A stretch of 64,000 nt of DNA from a virus. The stretch lies in IMG/VR virus record IMGVR_UViG_3300022602_000033. One strand, 5' to 3'. Below are positions 18,914 to 28,699 of the stretch, piece by piece. Every line of letters starts with the position of its first letter. Positions within the stretch are counted from its first letter, which is position 1. A program made the translations under genes and the position numbers. The notes beneath the pieces are model-generated. The model had not been told where the DNA came from, searched no databases, and was given only the letters and a program-made list of their open reading frames with translations.

Positions 18914-20149
18914 TCATTGTATCCTCAATAAATTCCATGTTATGGTCTGTGTAGCCCCAGAACTCTGTGAGGCTGAGATAGTAAGGCTACTAATGGTAAC
19001 TGAGACGCCACTGGCAGATACCAGTGCTGTTACTGTATTGTAGGTATTATTTCCTGCTTGGCGCACGAAATATAAGGTATTATATACCTGCGCTTGGTCA
19101 GCGTTAGGGATGGTCACAGTAAGGAGATAGCTGCGAACCACAGTGGTTGGTAAAGTGATGATCGTATAGGATGTACCAGTCGCACATCCTGCCAGGGAAC
19201 CGTTCACTGAACTGAAGATACCACCTGTAACATATGCTGTGTTAGTTAAACTGCCTGCGCTGGTCGTCGTCCCCACCAGCAGATTGCCGCTGGAGTCGAT
19301 ACGCATGCGTTCTGTGACAGCTGTCCAAAACTGAAGTGTCCCCGCTTGAAAATTGACAATAGAAAAGTCTAAACCATTTTGACCCATCTGTGTGCCGTTG
19401 CCTGACGCAGTACCTGATGTCGGGGTTGTAAACCGAATGAGAGGGTTGGTGCCATTGATTTGAAGATTGGGGGTACCATATCCTGTTGGCGAACTTGTCC
19501 CAAAACCTACGTTGCCGGAGGAGTCGATGCGCATGCGTTCTGCATTGGTTCCGCTATTTGAAGTATAGAAGGCTTGATAAGTATTTCCGCCTGTGGAATA
19601 GGCATTTAATATTAACGCGCCACTTATCCCCGCATAATTTATATAACCATTGTTTGTAGAAGAAGCGCTACTATCGCCAAAAGAAATTTGATTGCCGCTT
19701 GATGCAATCACAGCTAATTTTCCATAACTGCTTGGCGAAGTTGTACCAATCCCGAAGTTACCGCTGGCATCAAGCGTCATTTGAGTGTTGTTGTTGGTGC
19801 CAAAATATAACACGGCGTTGGCCCTGTTATAAATGTAAGCATTGGCCGACCCTGTGCCACCAAGAAGGCCAAGATTGAAATTTCCGCTGGCAGGGTTTGA
19901 GAATCCAATGCCAGTTCCGGGATCATAGATGGCCAGTTTTGTACCCGGCGAAGTCGTACCAATCCCGAGATTGCCGTTGGCATCGATGACCATGGCCACC
20001 CCAGCATTGGTGCTGTAGAAAGTAGGTGAAGTCACGTTGGCCAATGTGTCGTTGACGTTGGGCAAGGTAAGCGTGTTGTTCTGTGCTGCAGTGTTGGCCA
20101 CCAGCTGCACGTATCCACTGCTGTCTCCCAGTAGCTTGAGAGTGCTCAT
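18914..20149 (-). CDS. Fibre protein with multiple ERMRIDSSGN shaft repeats (class C N-terminus)
   Basis: MSTLKL.G.SSG.V.L...TLTLP start; four GN.GIGT/ERMRI units; unique tip. Confidence 0.78.
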   Translation of the reverse strand: MSTLKLLGDSSGYVQLVANTAAQNNTLTLPNVNDTLANVTSPTFYSTNAGVAMVIDANGNLGIGTTSPGTKLAIYDPGTGIGFSNPASGNFNLGLLGGTGSANAYIYNRANAVLYFGTNNNTQMTLDASGNFGIGTTSPSSYGKLAVIASSGNQISFGDSSASSTNNGYINYAGISGALILNAYSTGGNTYQAFYTSNSGTNAERMRIDSSGNVGFGTSSPTGYGTPNLQINGTNPLIRFTTPTSGTASGNGTQMGQNGLDFSIVNFQAGTLQFWTAVTERMRIDSSGNLLVGTTTSAGSLTNTAYVTGGIFSSVNGSLAGCATGTSYTIITLPTTVVRSYLLTVTIPNADQAQVYNTLYFVRQAGNNTYNTVTALVSASGVSVTISSLTISASQSSGATQTITWNLLRIQ

Positions 20150-20150
20150 G

Positions 20151-20993
20151 CTATACTATGCTCCATGTGCTACCACTGCTGATGGTAACTGTTATGCCGT
20201 TGTTGATGGCCACTGGACCAAACGTGCCGGCATTGCTGCCCACGGGCACGGTGTAGTTGGTGGTCACAGTGTTGCCGTTCTGCCAGAATATCTGATCGCC
20301 ACCGCCGCCCTGCGCACCACCCAGCTGACCCCAGCTGGTGCCATTGTAGCCTTCAAACAGGCTGTAGCTGCTGTTGTAGCGCAGTACACCAGCTGTGGGT
20401 GAACCAGGTCGCTGTGCGGTGGTACCCACGGGAACCAGCATGGCATCCGTGCCGTTGATCACCAGCTTGAATGCTGCTGTAGAGGTGTTGATGCCCACGT
20501 TGCCATTGGCATCCCAGCTGGGTCCGCCAGTGCTCAGCTTGGTAGGCGTCACAGATCCATCGTTGGGTATGGCTATGCCGGTGGCATAGGTGTTGACCAT
20601 GATCTCAATGTTGCTGTTCAGCGGTGGTGCACCCTGCAGGAAGGTGATGTTGGTGCCGCTCCAAGTGTAGGTGTTCTTGCGCTGATACACACCTGATATG
20701 TACACGTTGGTGTCCAGGGTGCTGGTGGCATTGTAGTTGCCCGTGGCAAAGGTGGTGGTCACGCCGTTGCCAGTATAGTCGAAGATGCTGATAGCATTGG
20801 TCACCGAAGCCAGGCTGCTGCCATCAGCAAACACCAAGCTGCCAGCCAGCGTGACGTTGTTGACCGTGATGTTGCCAGCGTTCATGTACTGCACGGTTGA
20901 GACGTTGCCGCCAAACACCGCCACGTTGACGTTGCTGGTGCTGCCGCTGCTCAGTGCTAGGTTAGCGAGGTTATATGCGATTGAAGTTGCCAT
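20151..20993 (-). CDS. Fibre adaptor: class E N-terminus, GVYQRK beta-sandwich, C-terminal 'WSIV' domain
   Basis: AYNLANLA; YTGNG..ISGVYQRK..IEI; PVGTTAQRP; NYTVP..NA..GP...VTI..GSTWSIV. Confidence 0.78.
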   Translation of the reverse strand: MATSIAYNLANLALSSGSTSNVNVAVFGGNVSTVQYMNAGNITVNNVTLAGSLVFADGSSLASVTNAISIFDYTGNGVTTTFATGNYNATSTLDTNVYISGVYQRKNTYTWSGTNITFLQGAPPLNSNIEIMVNTYATGIAIPNDGSVTPTKLSTGGPSWDANGNVGINTSTAAFKLVINGTDAMLVPVGTTAQRPGSPTAGVLRYNSSYSLFEGYNGTSWGQLGGAQGGGGDQIFWQNGNTVTTNYTVPVGSNAGTFGPVAINNGITVTISSGSTWSIV

Positions 20994-20999
20994 GCAGCA

Positions 21000-21005
21000 T
21001 ATTTA
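21000..21005 (-). promoter_or_regulatory. Late promoter core TAAATA (near-leaderless transcript)
   Basis: 6 nt upstream of ATG 20993, no SD. Confidence 0.65.
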
Positions 21006-21013
21006 GCTGGTGG

Positions 21014-21337
21014 CTAGGGCTTGGGGAAACGAGACTTTACAGCGTCACAGGCTGTGAGATATGCATCCATCAGCCTGGTGTCACCGCGCTGAGCCCAGTA
21101 ATATGCATCAGCGAACACTGCAAGGCTGGGATATTCAGCCATGCGCTTGTCCTTGTATTCGGCAGCTACCTCTGCTGCTGCTAGCTCTGCTGCCCTTGCA
21201 CGTATCTGCTCGACAGTTGGCGGATTGGCGATGTCCCCGTACCAGACCAAAGTGTCTGGATCATCGTTCCACATGCCAAATTCCACGAAAGGAGCCAGAT
21301 CCTTGACTGCTCGGAAGTGATGGTTGGTCCTCTTCAT
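21014..21337 (-). CDS. Small fibre assembly chaperone (XkdW-like)
   Basis: PT.EQI...YK.KR.AEYPS...VK.RFPKP; directly follows an EIAA-tip fibre. Confidence 0.65.
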   Translation of the reverse strand: MKRTNHHFRAVKDLAPFVEFGMWNDDPDTLVWYGDIANPPTVEQIRARAAELAAAEVAAEYKDKRMAEYPSLAVFADAYYWAQRGDTRLMDAYLTACDAVKSRFPKP

Positions 21338-23121
21338 GCTGCTATCTCCATGCAGGTCCAGCTGCTGTAGAAATCACCAGAGCTGCCCACGAACACGGTG
21401 TTGCCGCAGCCAGTGGCGCAGGCCCAGAGGCTGTAGGTTATGGCGCTGGCCGTGGCTGGACTGTCAAGGTAAGTGAAGGTAAACGCAGGCATGTCGTTGG
21501 TATAGCTAGTCGTTGCAACATCTCGGTAGCTGTCCATGAGGCTGTTGGTTATCTGCGATCCATTCCTATAGATCCTCAGCTGGCCGTCGCATATGAACTG
21601 GCAACCTATGGTTATGATGTGCAGGACCTTGCTGTTGTTGTACTGTGGCGTAAAGCTGACATTAAATCCCGTGTTGGTCAGCGTGGCTGTGGTTGCGCTG
21701 TAAGAGCCATTGCCCAGGCTGGTCCAAGTGGTCTGTATGACAGATCCTGCTGGTACTGATGCTGCACTGATCTGCCTGTTGGCGTTGGTAGCGAAGGTAC
21801 CAGTGGTACCGTTGATGTTGAATCCAAAACCGCTGACGCCTGTGCCTGATTCGTCCAGCATCCTGAACGTGAGATTGTTGGCTGTTGTGCCATTGCCACC
21901 ATCAACCACCAAGTTCCATGTGCGCTTGCCCAACAGTCCTGCTGCCATGGTCCAGGACTGCTCAACTGACGTGGTTGGATACCAAAGAGACAGTGTTCGC
22001 AACGGGTTAGCTGTGCCAATGCCCACAGAGCCAGCGGTTTCCGCTAGAGTAATGTTTCTGTAAGCTGTGCCCTGTTCTATGGCCTGTATGCTCAGGCGGC
22101 GGTTGGTCGCAGTTGGATCAGTGATGAGGCTGATGTAACCCTGCAACTGGCTGGCTGATGGATCGTTGGATACGATCTGCAGGGTGCCTTGTCCACCACT
22201 AGGTGCCACATTCTTGGCCACAGTACCAATGGTGCTGGCATTGGTGCTGATGCTGGTCAAGTTGCTGCTACCCTGGGTATAGATCAGCAACCTGCTGGTG
22301 AAATTCGCAGTGCCTGCTACGTCTAATGTTGCAGCTGGCGCAGTGCTTCCGATGCCAACGCTGCCAGTAGGGGTTATGCGCATGCGTTCTGTCAGAGCAC
22401 TAGTTAGAGAACTGGTATCTCTGGTCATGAATATCAGCGCACCACCACCATTGGCAATGTTCTTGCTGGCTATCCTAGCTGTAGCAACAAGAGTGCTTTC
22501 ACCAAAATCCAGGGCAGGTTCTGAGTAAGATGAGCTGGCTAAACTCTGTATCCTAACCACAGTATTGCCTCCAGCAAACACAGCACTGGGTGCTGTGGCA
22601 CTACCGGCCACTGTCAGAGGAACCGTGGTACCGGTCGTGGCAATGCCAACGTTGCCGCCACTGTCGATGCGCATGCGTTCTGCGCTGTTGGTTAGGAATA
22701 CCAGCGGAGTATTGGTGTTGGTGCGCAGCTCTGATTGTGCACCGTTGGCAGTGAGTGCTGTAGTGGATTGAGAATTCTGTACCGTTACAGAAGTATATGA
22801 ATTATCAGTGCTGACCACTGACAGTGAAGTATTAGTACCAGACAGATTCTGTATCGCAGTGGTACCGCGCAGCGTGGTTGCGCCGTAAACATCCAATAGG
22901 CTGTAGGCCTGCGAGCCTCCAACAGCCACGCAGCCAACGTTGTTGATCAGCACTGCCTGCGCACTGTTGGTAGCTATGGCAAGATTGTTGCTGCTGGCTA
23001 GGAAGAGGCCATTGGTTGGTAGGCTGTTAGCTGTGACTGAGAGGTTCCCAAAGATGCCTGCCGCGGTGGTCTGCACCACTGCATTGCTCTGTATCATTGG
23101 TCCTTGGAGGAAGTCTGTCAT
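21334..23121 (-). CDS. Fibre protein, class D N-terminus, EIAA-family tip
   Basis: ERMRI repeats; tip GSVIQT...TP...SKVL...YLDSPAT.SA.TY...MEIAA. Confidence 0.8.
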   Translation of the reverse strand: MTDFLQGPMIQSNAVVQTTAAGIFGNLSVTANSLPTNGLFLASSNNLAIATNSAQAVLINNVGCVAVGGSQAYSLLDVYGATTLRGTTAIQNLSGTNTSLSVVSTDNSYTSVTVQNSQSTTALTANGAQSELRTNTNTPLVFLTNSAERMRIDSGGNVGIATTGTTVPLTVAGSATAPSAVFAGGNTVVRIQSLASSSYSEPALDFGESTLVATARIASKNIANGGGALIFMTRDTSSLTSALTERMRITPTGSVGIGSTAPAATLDVAGTANFTSRLLIYTQGSSNLTSISTNASTIGTVAKNVAPSGGQGTLQIVSNDPSASQLQGYISLITDPTATNRRLSIQAIEQGTAYRNITLAETAGSVGIGTANPLRTLSLWYPTTSVEQSWTMAAGLLGKRTWNLVVDGGNGTTANNLTFRMLDESGTGVSGFGFNINGTTGTFATNANRQISAASVPAGSVIQTTWTSLGNGSYSATTATLTNTGFNVSFTPQYNNSKVLHIITIGCQFICDGQLRIYRNGSQITNSLMDSYRDVATTSYTNDMPAFTFTYLDSPATASAITYSLWACATGCGNTVFVGSSGDFYSSWTCMEIAA

Positions 23122-23128
23122 GCTATGA

Positions 23129-23134
23129 TATTTA
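23129..23134 (-). promoter_or_regulatory. Late promoter core TAAATA (near-leaderless transcript)
   Basis: 7 nt upstream of ATG 23121. Confidence 0.65.
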
Positions 23135-23142
23135 CCGATCGG

Positions 23143-23541
23143 TCAGCGATTTGATGGCTGCGTGGGCCAGGTGATGCCCTGCAGCATGTTGAGCTCATCA
23201 AAGTATGGTTGCTGGCTACCCGTGGTAAGATCACGCAACGCTTGGCGATAATCATCCCAGGACTTGCACCAATCTGCACCTCGCACCGATCTCAGATCCT
23301 GCACCTGCGTCCAGTCGCTCTGCTGCAGATACCAATCGCGTATCTCTCTGACCACTCGCCAGGGTTCAGCTGCTTCGAGCTCTGCGATCTTGGCCACGAG
23401 CTCGTCCTTGGAGGGTTTGGTCTGGTCTGGGCTAGCCCAGTCTATCTGGTCATAGTCACCATCTCGCACAGCCCACTGAGCTCCTGGGCACATTGCAGCC
23501 AGTGCTTCTGGTATTCCGTAGTGTCGCCTCATGCCTGTCAT
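23143..23541 (-). CDS. Tail fibre assembly chaperone
   Basis: XkdW-like N-half (AL..PGAQW...W..P..KPS); C-half R.R...L..SDWTQ..D...W..YRQALRD...WP..P. Confidence 0.75.
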   Translation of the reverse strand: MTGMRRHYGIPEALAAMCPGAQWAVRDGDYDQIDWASPDQTKPSKDELVAKIAELEAAEPWRVVREIRDWYLQQSDWTQVQDLRSVRGADWCKSWDDYRQALRDLTTGSQQPYFDELNMLQGITWPTQPSNR

Positions 23542-23542
23542 G

Positions 23543-24010
23543 TCATGTTCCTATCTCGTATAGTCTCAGATAATGATTGGTGCTGCCGCTGTTGTAGTTG
23601 CCTATCCACACCGTGCCTTGGTAAGCCAGCACGCTGGCCGTGTAGGTCCAAGTGCCTGCGCTGCCTGGGGTGTCCAAGAAGCTGCGACCATAGTAACCTA
23701 TGTAGTTGATCTGATTGCCGTTGTAGCCGCTGTACATGACCTGCGTGCCATCGTTGCGCAGTATCCTGTGATAGATCAGGCTCCAAGTGCCGCTGCCCTG
23801 ATCGGACCTATCGTTCATGAAATACTCTATCAGTATCTTGTTAGTGGCGCTGTTGGTGGTGATGCTGGTGGAAAACACGTTTACCCAGGCACTGGTGGTG
23901 GCAGTGGTGCTGACTGTTGATTGGTTGTTGACCACCTGTATGATCTGCCCTGGTATGTTGACCCAGCTGCCAGCTGTGGCTATGCTGTTGTTAGGAAAAA
24001 CTATGCCCAT
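23543..24010 (-). CDS. Tip-only protein, EIAA family, paralog 3 of triplet
   Basis: True start MGIVFPNN at 24010 (TAATG coupling). FLDTPG, YLRLYEIGT. Confidence 0.78.
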   Translation of the reverse strand: MGIVFPNNSIATAGSWVNIPGQIIQVVNNQSTVSTTATTSAWVNVFSTSITTNSATNKILIEYFMNDRSDQGSGTWSLIYHRILRNDGTQVMYSGYNGNQINYIGYYGRSFLDTPGSAGTWTYTASVLAYQGTVWIGNYNSGSTNHYLRLYEIGT

Positions 24011-24495
24011 TATGCAGCTATCTCCGTGAGTCTTATGTATGCGATGCCATCGTTGCCCGTGTCGCTGGTGTTGAACCTTGCGTTCACGCTGCTGCTGTAG
24101 GCCCAGCCGCGCACCAAGTAGCTGTGCGGGCCCACGCTGCCAGGCTGGTGCAGATAGTTCTTGTGATAGCCGTTGATGCTGTTGGTGTAGGCGCCTCTGT
24201 ACCCTGTGTAGCTCAGCTGTGTGCTGGTGTTCACATACACCAGATCCATGTAGTAGAGATTCCAAGCTTGGTCTGCGTAGTCTTCGCGATTGTCACTGTG
24301 CCATTCCACCAGTATGTAGTTGTTGGCCGCGGCCAGCGTGATGCTGTTGCTGGTGAAGAAGTTCATGGGCGAGGTGCTGGTGGTGCTGAGCGTGCCGGTG
24401 GTGGTGGTGTTGACCACCTGCACCACGTGACCGCTGAGGTTCATCTTGGTGCCAATGTTCTGCATGATCAGACCGTTGCTGAAGTAGATGGCCAT
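24010..24495 (-). CDS. Tip-only protein, EIAA family, paralog 2 of triplet
   Basis: MAIYFSNG...VVQVV...YIRLTEIAA. Confidence 0.78.
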   Translation of the reverse strand: MAIYFSNGLIMQNIGTKMNLSGHVVQVVNTTTTGTLSTTSTSPMNFFTSNSITLAAANNYILVEWHSDNREDYADQAWNLYYMDLVYVNTSTQLSYTGYRGAYTNSINGYHKNYLHQPGSVGPHSYLVRGWAYSSSVNARFNTSDTGNDGIAYIRLTEIAA

Positions 24496-24986
24496 CAGGA
24501 CGTGATCTCCGTGAGCCTCAGATAGCTGTAACCATCGCTGGCATTGCTGTCTGCGCTGTTGTTACCATAGTATTCAGGGCCTGTGGGATAGTTACCCACC
24601 CTGAAGCTGTAGGTCTGGGTGGCCGTGCTGTTGGGGCTGTCAAGGTAACACTTTTCCATGCTCTGTATGGTCATCCTGGTGCTGCCGTTCCAGCCAGGGG
24701 CCATGATCAGATAGTTGCCGGTGATGTTGTAGATCCAGAAATAGCCAAGGCTCCAATTCACGGGGGCTGTGTCCTGCCTGAAAGCGCCGTACATGTATAC
24801 GATGATCTTGTTGGTGGCTTGCGTGGGAGTGATGCTGGCCTGGAACAGCTCGTTCTGAGTGCTCCAGTTGTTGACCGCCAGAGTGGCGCTGCTGCGCACC
24901 TCCACTATCTGCACTATGTTACCACCAGGTATGTTGATCTTGCCGTTGACCTCTTGCACGCTGCTGTTGGGAAAATAGATTGCCAT
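24495..24986 (-). CDS. Tip-only protein, EIAA family, paralog 1 of triplet
   Basis: MAIYFPNS...IVQIV...YLDSP...YLRLTEITS. Confidence 0.78.
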   Translation of the reverse strand: MAIYFPNSSVQEVNGKINIPGGNIVQIVEVRSSATLAVNNWSTQNELFQASITPTQATNKIIVYMYGAFRQDTAPVNWSLGYFWIYNITGNYLIMAPGWNGSTRMTIQSMEKCYLDSPNSTATQTYSFRVGNYPTGPEYYGNNSADSNASDGYSYLRLTEITS

Positions 24987-24989
24987 CTG

Positions 24990-26486
24990 TCAGCTCCTGG
25001 CCAAGAACGCGCTGTTGGTTACCATGTTAGCCGAGCTCGTTCGCATGCCATCCATGTGCAGCTTCCACCTAAATGCCACCATATCGCGATCTGTGTTGTA
25101 GAATTCTAGCTCGCGATCAGCGCTACACTTATTTACGTGACCCAATCCAGCCAGTACCCAGTTCCACAGCGGCACTCCTGCATAACCATGATAGCCCAGC
25201 ATGTCACCAGCGCTGAGTATCTTGCTGCGGCTCAGCGCCAGCGTATCTCTGACCACGTCTGTCTGTGTCTCGCCTGTGCGCATCCACCGCCAGAACTCGC
25301 TGTCGTCGCGCTGTGTCTGGTAATGTAGGTTGAGGAAGTCGCAGAAATCATCATACATCCGGCTCATCCTGCGGTTGTAGACGTTGCAGCTGCCAGGGTT
25401 TATGGTGTCAGCCGCAGTGTCGCGCAGGTAATCCCTGGTCCAGGTCTGGATCTGCATGATGGTGCTGTGTATGCTGGTGGCTTCAAGTGGTTCGGCAAAG
25501 GCTGCACACAGCCCCAGAGCCAAGCAGTTCTTGTGCCATAGCTGATCTAACCTACCTGTGTCAAAGCTCAGCACACGTATGGGATCTATTGGTCTCCCCA
25601 GCGCAGCTTCTATCTCGGCCTGTGCTTGATCATCTGAGATGAAATCGCCATCATACACATAGCCGCAGCCCCATCTGTCAGCAGTGGGTATGCGCCACAT
25701 CCAACCGCTGCTCTGTGCCCAGGCCAGGGTGGTGCTGTCTGGCTCTTCGCCATCTGCATAGGGCAGTATGAATGGCATGGCTCTGTTGACCGGTAGATAG
25801 TCTCTGTAGCTCTTCCAGGACACGCCCAGCGCATTCATCAGCTTGCGAGCAAAGCCCGTGCAGTCTATGTAGAAGTCAGCAGTGATGGTACGACCGTCTT
25901 GCATGACCAGACCGGTGATGCCATGTTCATCCACCGTGACGTGGGCTATGTCACCTATCACGTGCTTGACACCTTCGGGTTGCACCACCTTGCGGAAATA
26001 GCGACCCACTCCCACTGCATCAAAGTGATAGGCGTTGAGCTTGATCTCGCTGTTCAGACCAGCACCGTCACGGTGATAATTGGTTAAACCGTGCTCGATT
26101 AACCATCCGCATTCGCTGCTGGCATGCCAAGGCAGGTCATTGGCCAGCGCATGCAGGAACATGTAATCTGGTCCCACGCCATAGCTGTTGGTGTTGTCTA
26201 TGGGGCCAACGTATTCATGGCCAACACAGCGCCAATCCCTGTGGCGTATGCCCAGCTTGATGGTGGCCCTGGCTTCTGCTAGGAAATCGGCCTCATCGCA
26301 ACCATAATCCCAGCTCACGTTGTTGATTATGTCTGTGAGCTGACCTGTGCTGCCTTCTCCGGCGCCTATGATTCCTATGCGCTCGCTCTCTATCACGGTG
26401 ATTTCATGGCTGTTGCGCTGTATCTTGGCTATGATCAGAGCTGCCAGCCATCCAGCCGTGCCGCCCCCTGCTATCACTATTTTCAT
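24990..26486 (-). CDS. Flavin-dependent halogenase (tryptophan halogenase PrnA family)
   Basis: GGGTAG FAD motif, IG.GE.S, catalytic-Lys region TIKLGI, FYIDCTGF, WMWRIP, F.EPLEATSI. Confidence 0.9.
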   Translation of the reverse strand: MKIVIAGGGTAGWLAALIIAKIQRNSHEITVIESERIGIIGAGEGSTGQLTDIINNVSWDYGCDEADFLAEARATIKLGIRHRDWRCVGHEYVGPIDNTNSYGVGPDYMFLHALANDLPWHASSECGWLIEHGLTNYHRDGAGLNSEIKLNAYHFDAVGVGRYFRKVVQPEGVKHVIGDIAHVTVDEHGITGLVMQDGRTITADFYIDCTGFARKLMNALGVSWKSYRDYLPVNRAMPFILPYADGEEPDSTTLAWAQSSGWMWRIPTADRWGCGYVYDGDFISDDQAQAEIEAALGRPIDPIRVLSFDTGRLDQLWHKNCLALGLCAAFAEPLEATSIHSTIMQIQTWTRDYLRDTAADTINPGSCNVYNRRMSRMYDDFCDFLNLHYQTQRDDSEFWRWMRTGETQTDVVRDTLALSRSKILSAGDMLGYHGYAGVPLWNWVLAGLGHVNKCSADRELEFYNTDRDMVAFRWKLHMDGMRTSSANMVTNSAFLARS

Positions 26487-26492
26487 CGGTCG

Positions 26493-28655
26493 TCAGCTCC
26501 CTGTGGGCATGCGCGGAGGTACTTCGTCATCAGGTACCGGTATCAGAGCAAACTTGAAGCTCTTCTTGGTCTTGTTGTTGACGATGTAGAGGTCTTGCTC
26601 GCCTTCCACGATTGTATAGTCACCGATGTTGTTTGACAAATGCAAATCGCTGGTGTAGATGTTGCGCCAGCGATAGCTGGTGGTGCCTAGATCATAGGTA
26701 CCAGTGGCATAGGGATTGAGCATGCCGTTGACGTCTATGAACGCACGCCCAGTGTTACCCACAGTGAAAACGATGGTATTTGAACCTATGGTGCCAATGG
26801 TCAAGGCACCTCCAGTGCTTTCTGTCAGCAGATAGGTGTTGCTGCTATCAGTATACCAGTATGACCTCGCAACGCCACCAGTGCTGATGTTCATGATAGC
26901 TTGGCTGCTACCATTCACGGTGAAGCTGGTCCTGTTACCAAGCGCATAATTTATGGTGGTGGTACCGATGCTGAGGTTTCCATATTGGTCCATGAACATC
27001 TTTTGTGTGCCATTAGTATACCAATTATGGCTCTGGTTCTTATAGCTGAAGTTATACACCGTATTAACAAAGCTTCCGCCAGCTGTCCTCTGCTGGATGC
27101 TGAAACTAGTATCTGTAAGATCACTGGGACCAGTGTTAAAGCTTTGATTGAGAAATGTCTGGCTATAGTTGGTGCTGGCACCGGGTGTGGTCAGAGCTAT
27201 ATAAGCTCCACTGTACTGCAGAGTAGCAGGACTTACTGCGTTGAAATGTATGGCTCCGCTGCTGGTGTAACTGACAGCAGCTCCATAGTTGCTGGGTGTT
27301 ACTGTGCCAATGCCAATGAAACCATTGGGATCCATGACCATTCCAGCGTTGGTGATACCTGTGGCATAGTTGTTGCTGGTACCAAACGTCAGCACAGTTC
27401 CACCACTGGTGTACTGGCTGGCGATTCGCGCCGTGGGATAACCTTGGCCGCTTGTGGCAAAATCCAAAGACGTGTAGTTGTTTAGAGTCGTGGTGGGATC
27501 AACTAATGCCAGTGTGCCCAATGTGTTACCAGTGAATGTGCCGATGCTGTTGTTAGCTACTGTGAGCTTGGTGACAGCACTGGTAGTGTTTATGCCCACG
27601 TTACCACCGCTGGTGATGCGCATGACTTCTGGTACGCTGTTTGGACTTGCAGCACTAGCACCAGTACCAAAAGAGATACCAGCGTTGTTGGTAACGTTGC
27701 CACTGCCGTTATTGAACTGGATGTACCCCATCCATGTGGCGTCAATCTTCTGCTGCAATCGCATGCCAGCAGTGGGCCAGTAGTTGCCACCTGCAGGTAT
27801 GCGAGTGTCTGTAAGTTCGAGGGTGCTGCCATTACCATCATATGCATACCAATTCTGCAACAAAGCTTGGCTGTTACCAGTGGTTGATAGATTGCTGAGG
27901 TATACTGTGGTTAGAAAGTTGTTAGATACAGTGTTGATACCCACCAAGAGATTTCCTGCAGCCGTGAGCGTCATCTGTTGTGTGCTGTTTGTGGCAAATG
28001 CCAGCTGGTTGGCGCTGGGGCTGAACAGTCCCACTGGCGGAGCAGTGGTGGCGGTTGATAGGTTGAACAATCTGGCACTGACATTGCCGCTCACGGTGAG
28101 ATTGCCTGTGGTATCCCAGCTGGGACCACCGGTGCTCAGCGAGATTGGATACACTGATCCATTGTTGGGCGTGGCTATGGGTGCGTTCAGCGTGTTGACC
28201 ACTATCTCTATGTTGGTGGCAGCCGGTGGAGCCGTGTTGAATATGATGTTGGTACCAGTCCAGTTGTACTGGTTCTTGCGCTGATACACACCGCCTATGT
28301 ACACGCTGGTGTTGAGCGTGCTGGTAGCTGCATAGTTGCCTGTGCTGTAGGTGGTCTGAGATCCGTTGCCTGTGTAGTCGTAGACTGCTACTGCGCCCAC
28401 TGCGCTGTACAGCTGGCTGCCATCTGGGAAGATGATGACGTTGCCTATGGTCACATTGCTCACAAACACGTTGCTGGCAGCAATGTTGCCAGTGTTGACA
28501 TTACCTGCGCTCACGGTGGTGCTGATGACGTTGCTGCTCCAGATGCTGTTGATCACCTGGATGTTGCCGGTCTCGATGGTGCCGTTAGCACCGAGGATGC
28601 CTTGGTTGTTGGGCCCACCGCTGGGCAGCATAGCGCCGAATACATAATCTACCAT
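26493..28655 (-). CDS. Fibre protein: class D N-terminus, GVYQRK domain, C-terminal WRNIYT-DL adaptor domain
   Basis: MVDYV.G.ML; IGGVYQRK; ends DLG..SYRWRNIYTSDLHLSN..GDYTIVEGE.DLY..N.KT.K.FKF.L. Confidence 0.8.
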   Translation of the reverse strand: MVDYVFGAMLPSGGPNNQGILGANGTIETGNIQVINSIWSSNVISTTVSAGNVNTGNIAASNVFVSNVTIGNVIIFPDGSQLYSAVGAVAVYDYTGNGSQTTYSTGNYAATSTLNTSVYIGGVYQRKNQYNWTGTNIIFNTAPPAATNIEIVVNTLNAPIATPNNGSVYPISLSTGGPSWDTTGNLTVSGNVSARLFNLSTATTAPPVGLFSPSANQLAFATNSTQQMTLTAAGNLLVGINTVSNNFLTTVYLSNLSTTGNSQALLQNWYAYDGNGSTLELTDTRIPAGGNYWPTAGMRLQQKIDATWMGYIQFNNGSGNVTNNAGISFGTGASAASPNSVPEVMRITSGGNVGINTTSAVTKLTVANNSIGTFTGNTLGTLALVDPTTTLNNYTSLDFATSGQGYPTARIASQYTSGGTVLTFGTSNNYATGITNAGMVMDPNGFIGIGTVTPSNYGAAVSYTSSGAIHFNAVSPATLQYSGAYIALTTPGASTNYSQTFLNQSFNTGPSDLTDTSFSIQQRTAGGSFVNTVYNFSYKNQSHNWYTNGTQKMFMDQYGNLSIGTTTINYALGNRTSFTVNGSSQAIMNISTGGVARSYWYTDSSNTYLLTESTGGALTIGTIGSNTIVFTVGNTGRAFIDVNGMLNPYATGTYDLGTTSYRWRNIYTSDLHLSNNIGDYTIVEGEQDLYIVNNKTKKSFKFALIPVPDDEVPPRMPTGS

Positions 28656-28660
28656 GCCAA

Positions 28661-28666
28661 TATTTA
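28661..28666 (-). promoter_or_regulatory. Late promoter core TAAATA (near-leaderless transcript)
   Basis: 5 nt upstream of ATG 28655. Confidence 0.65.
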
Positions 28667-28699
28667 GCGGCGCTCTAGCAGTCTATCCGAAACCAATCG

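Noticed and set aside
24011-24265. N-terminal extension of ORF 23543..24265
   Set aside because: It overlaps gene 24010..24495 out of frame. Paralogy and TAATG coupling place the start at 24010.
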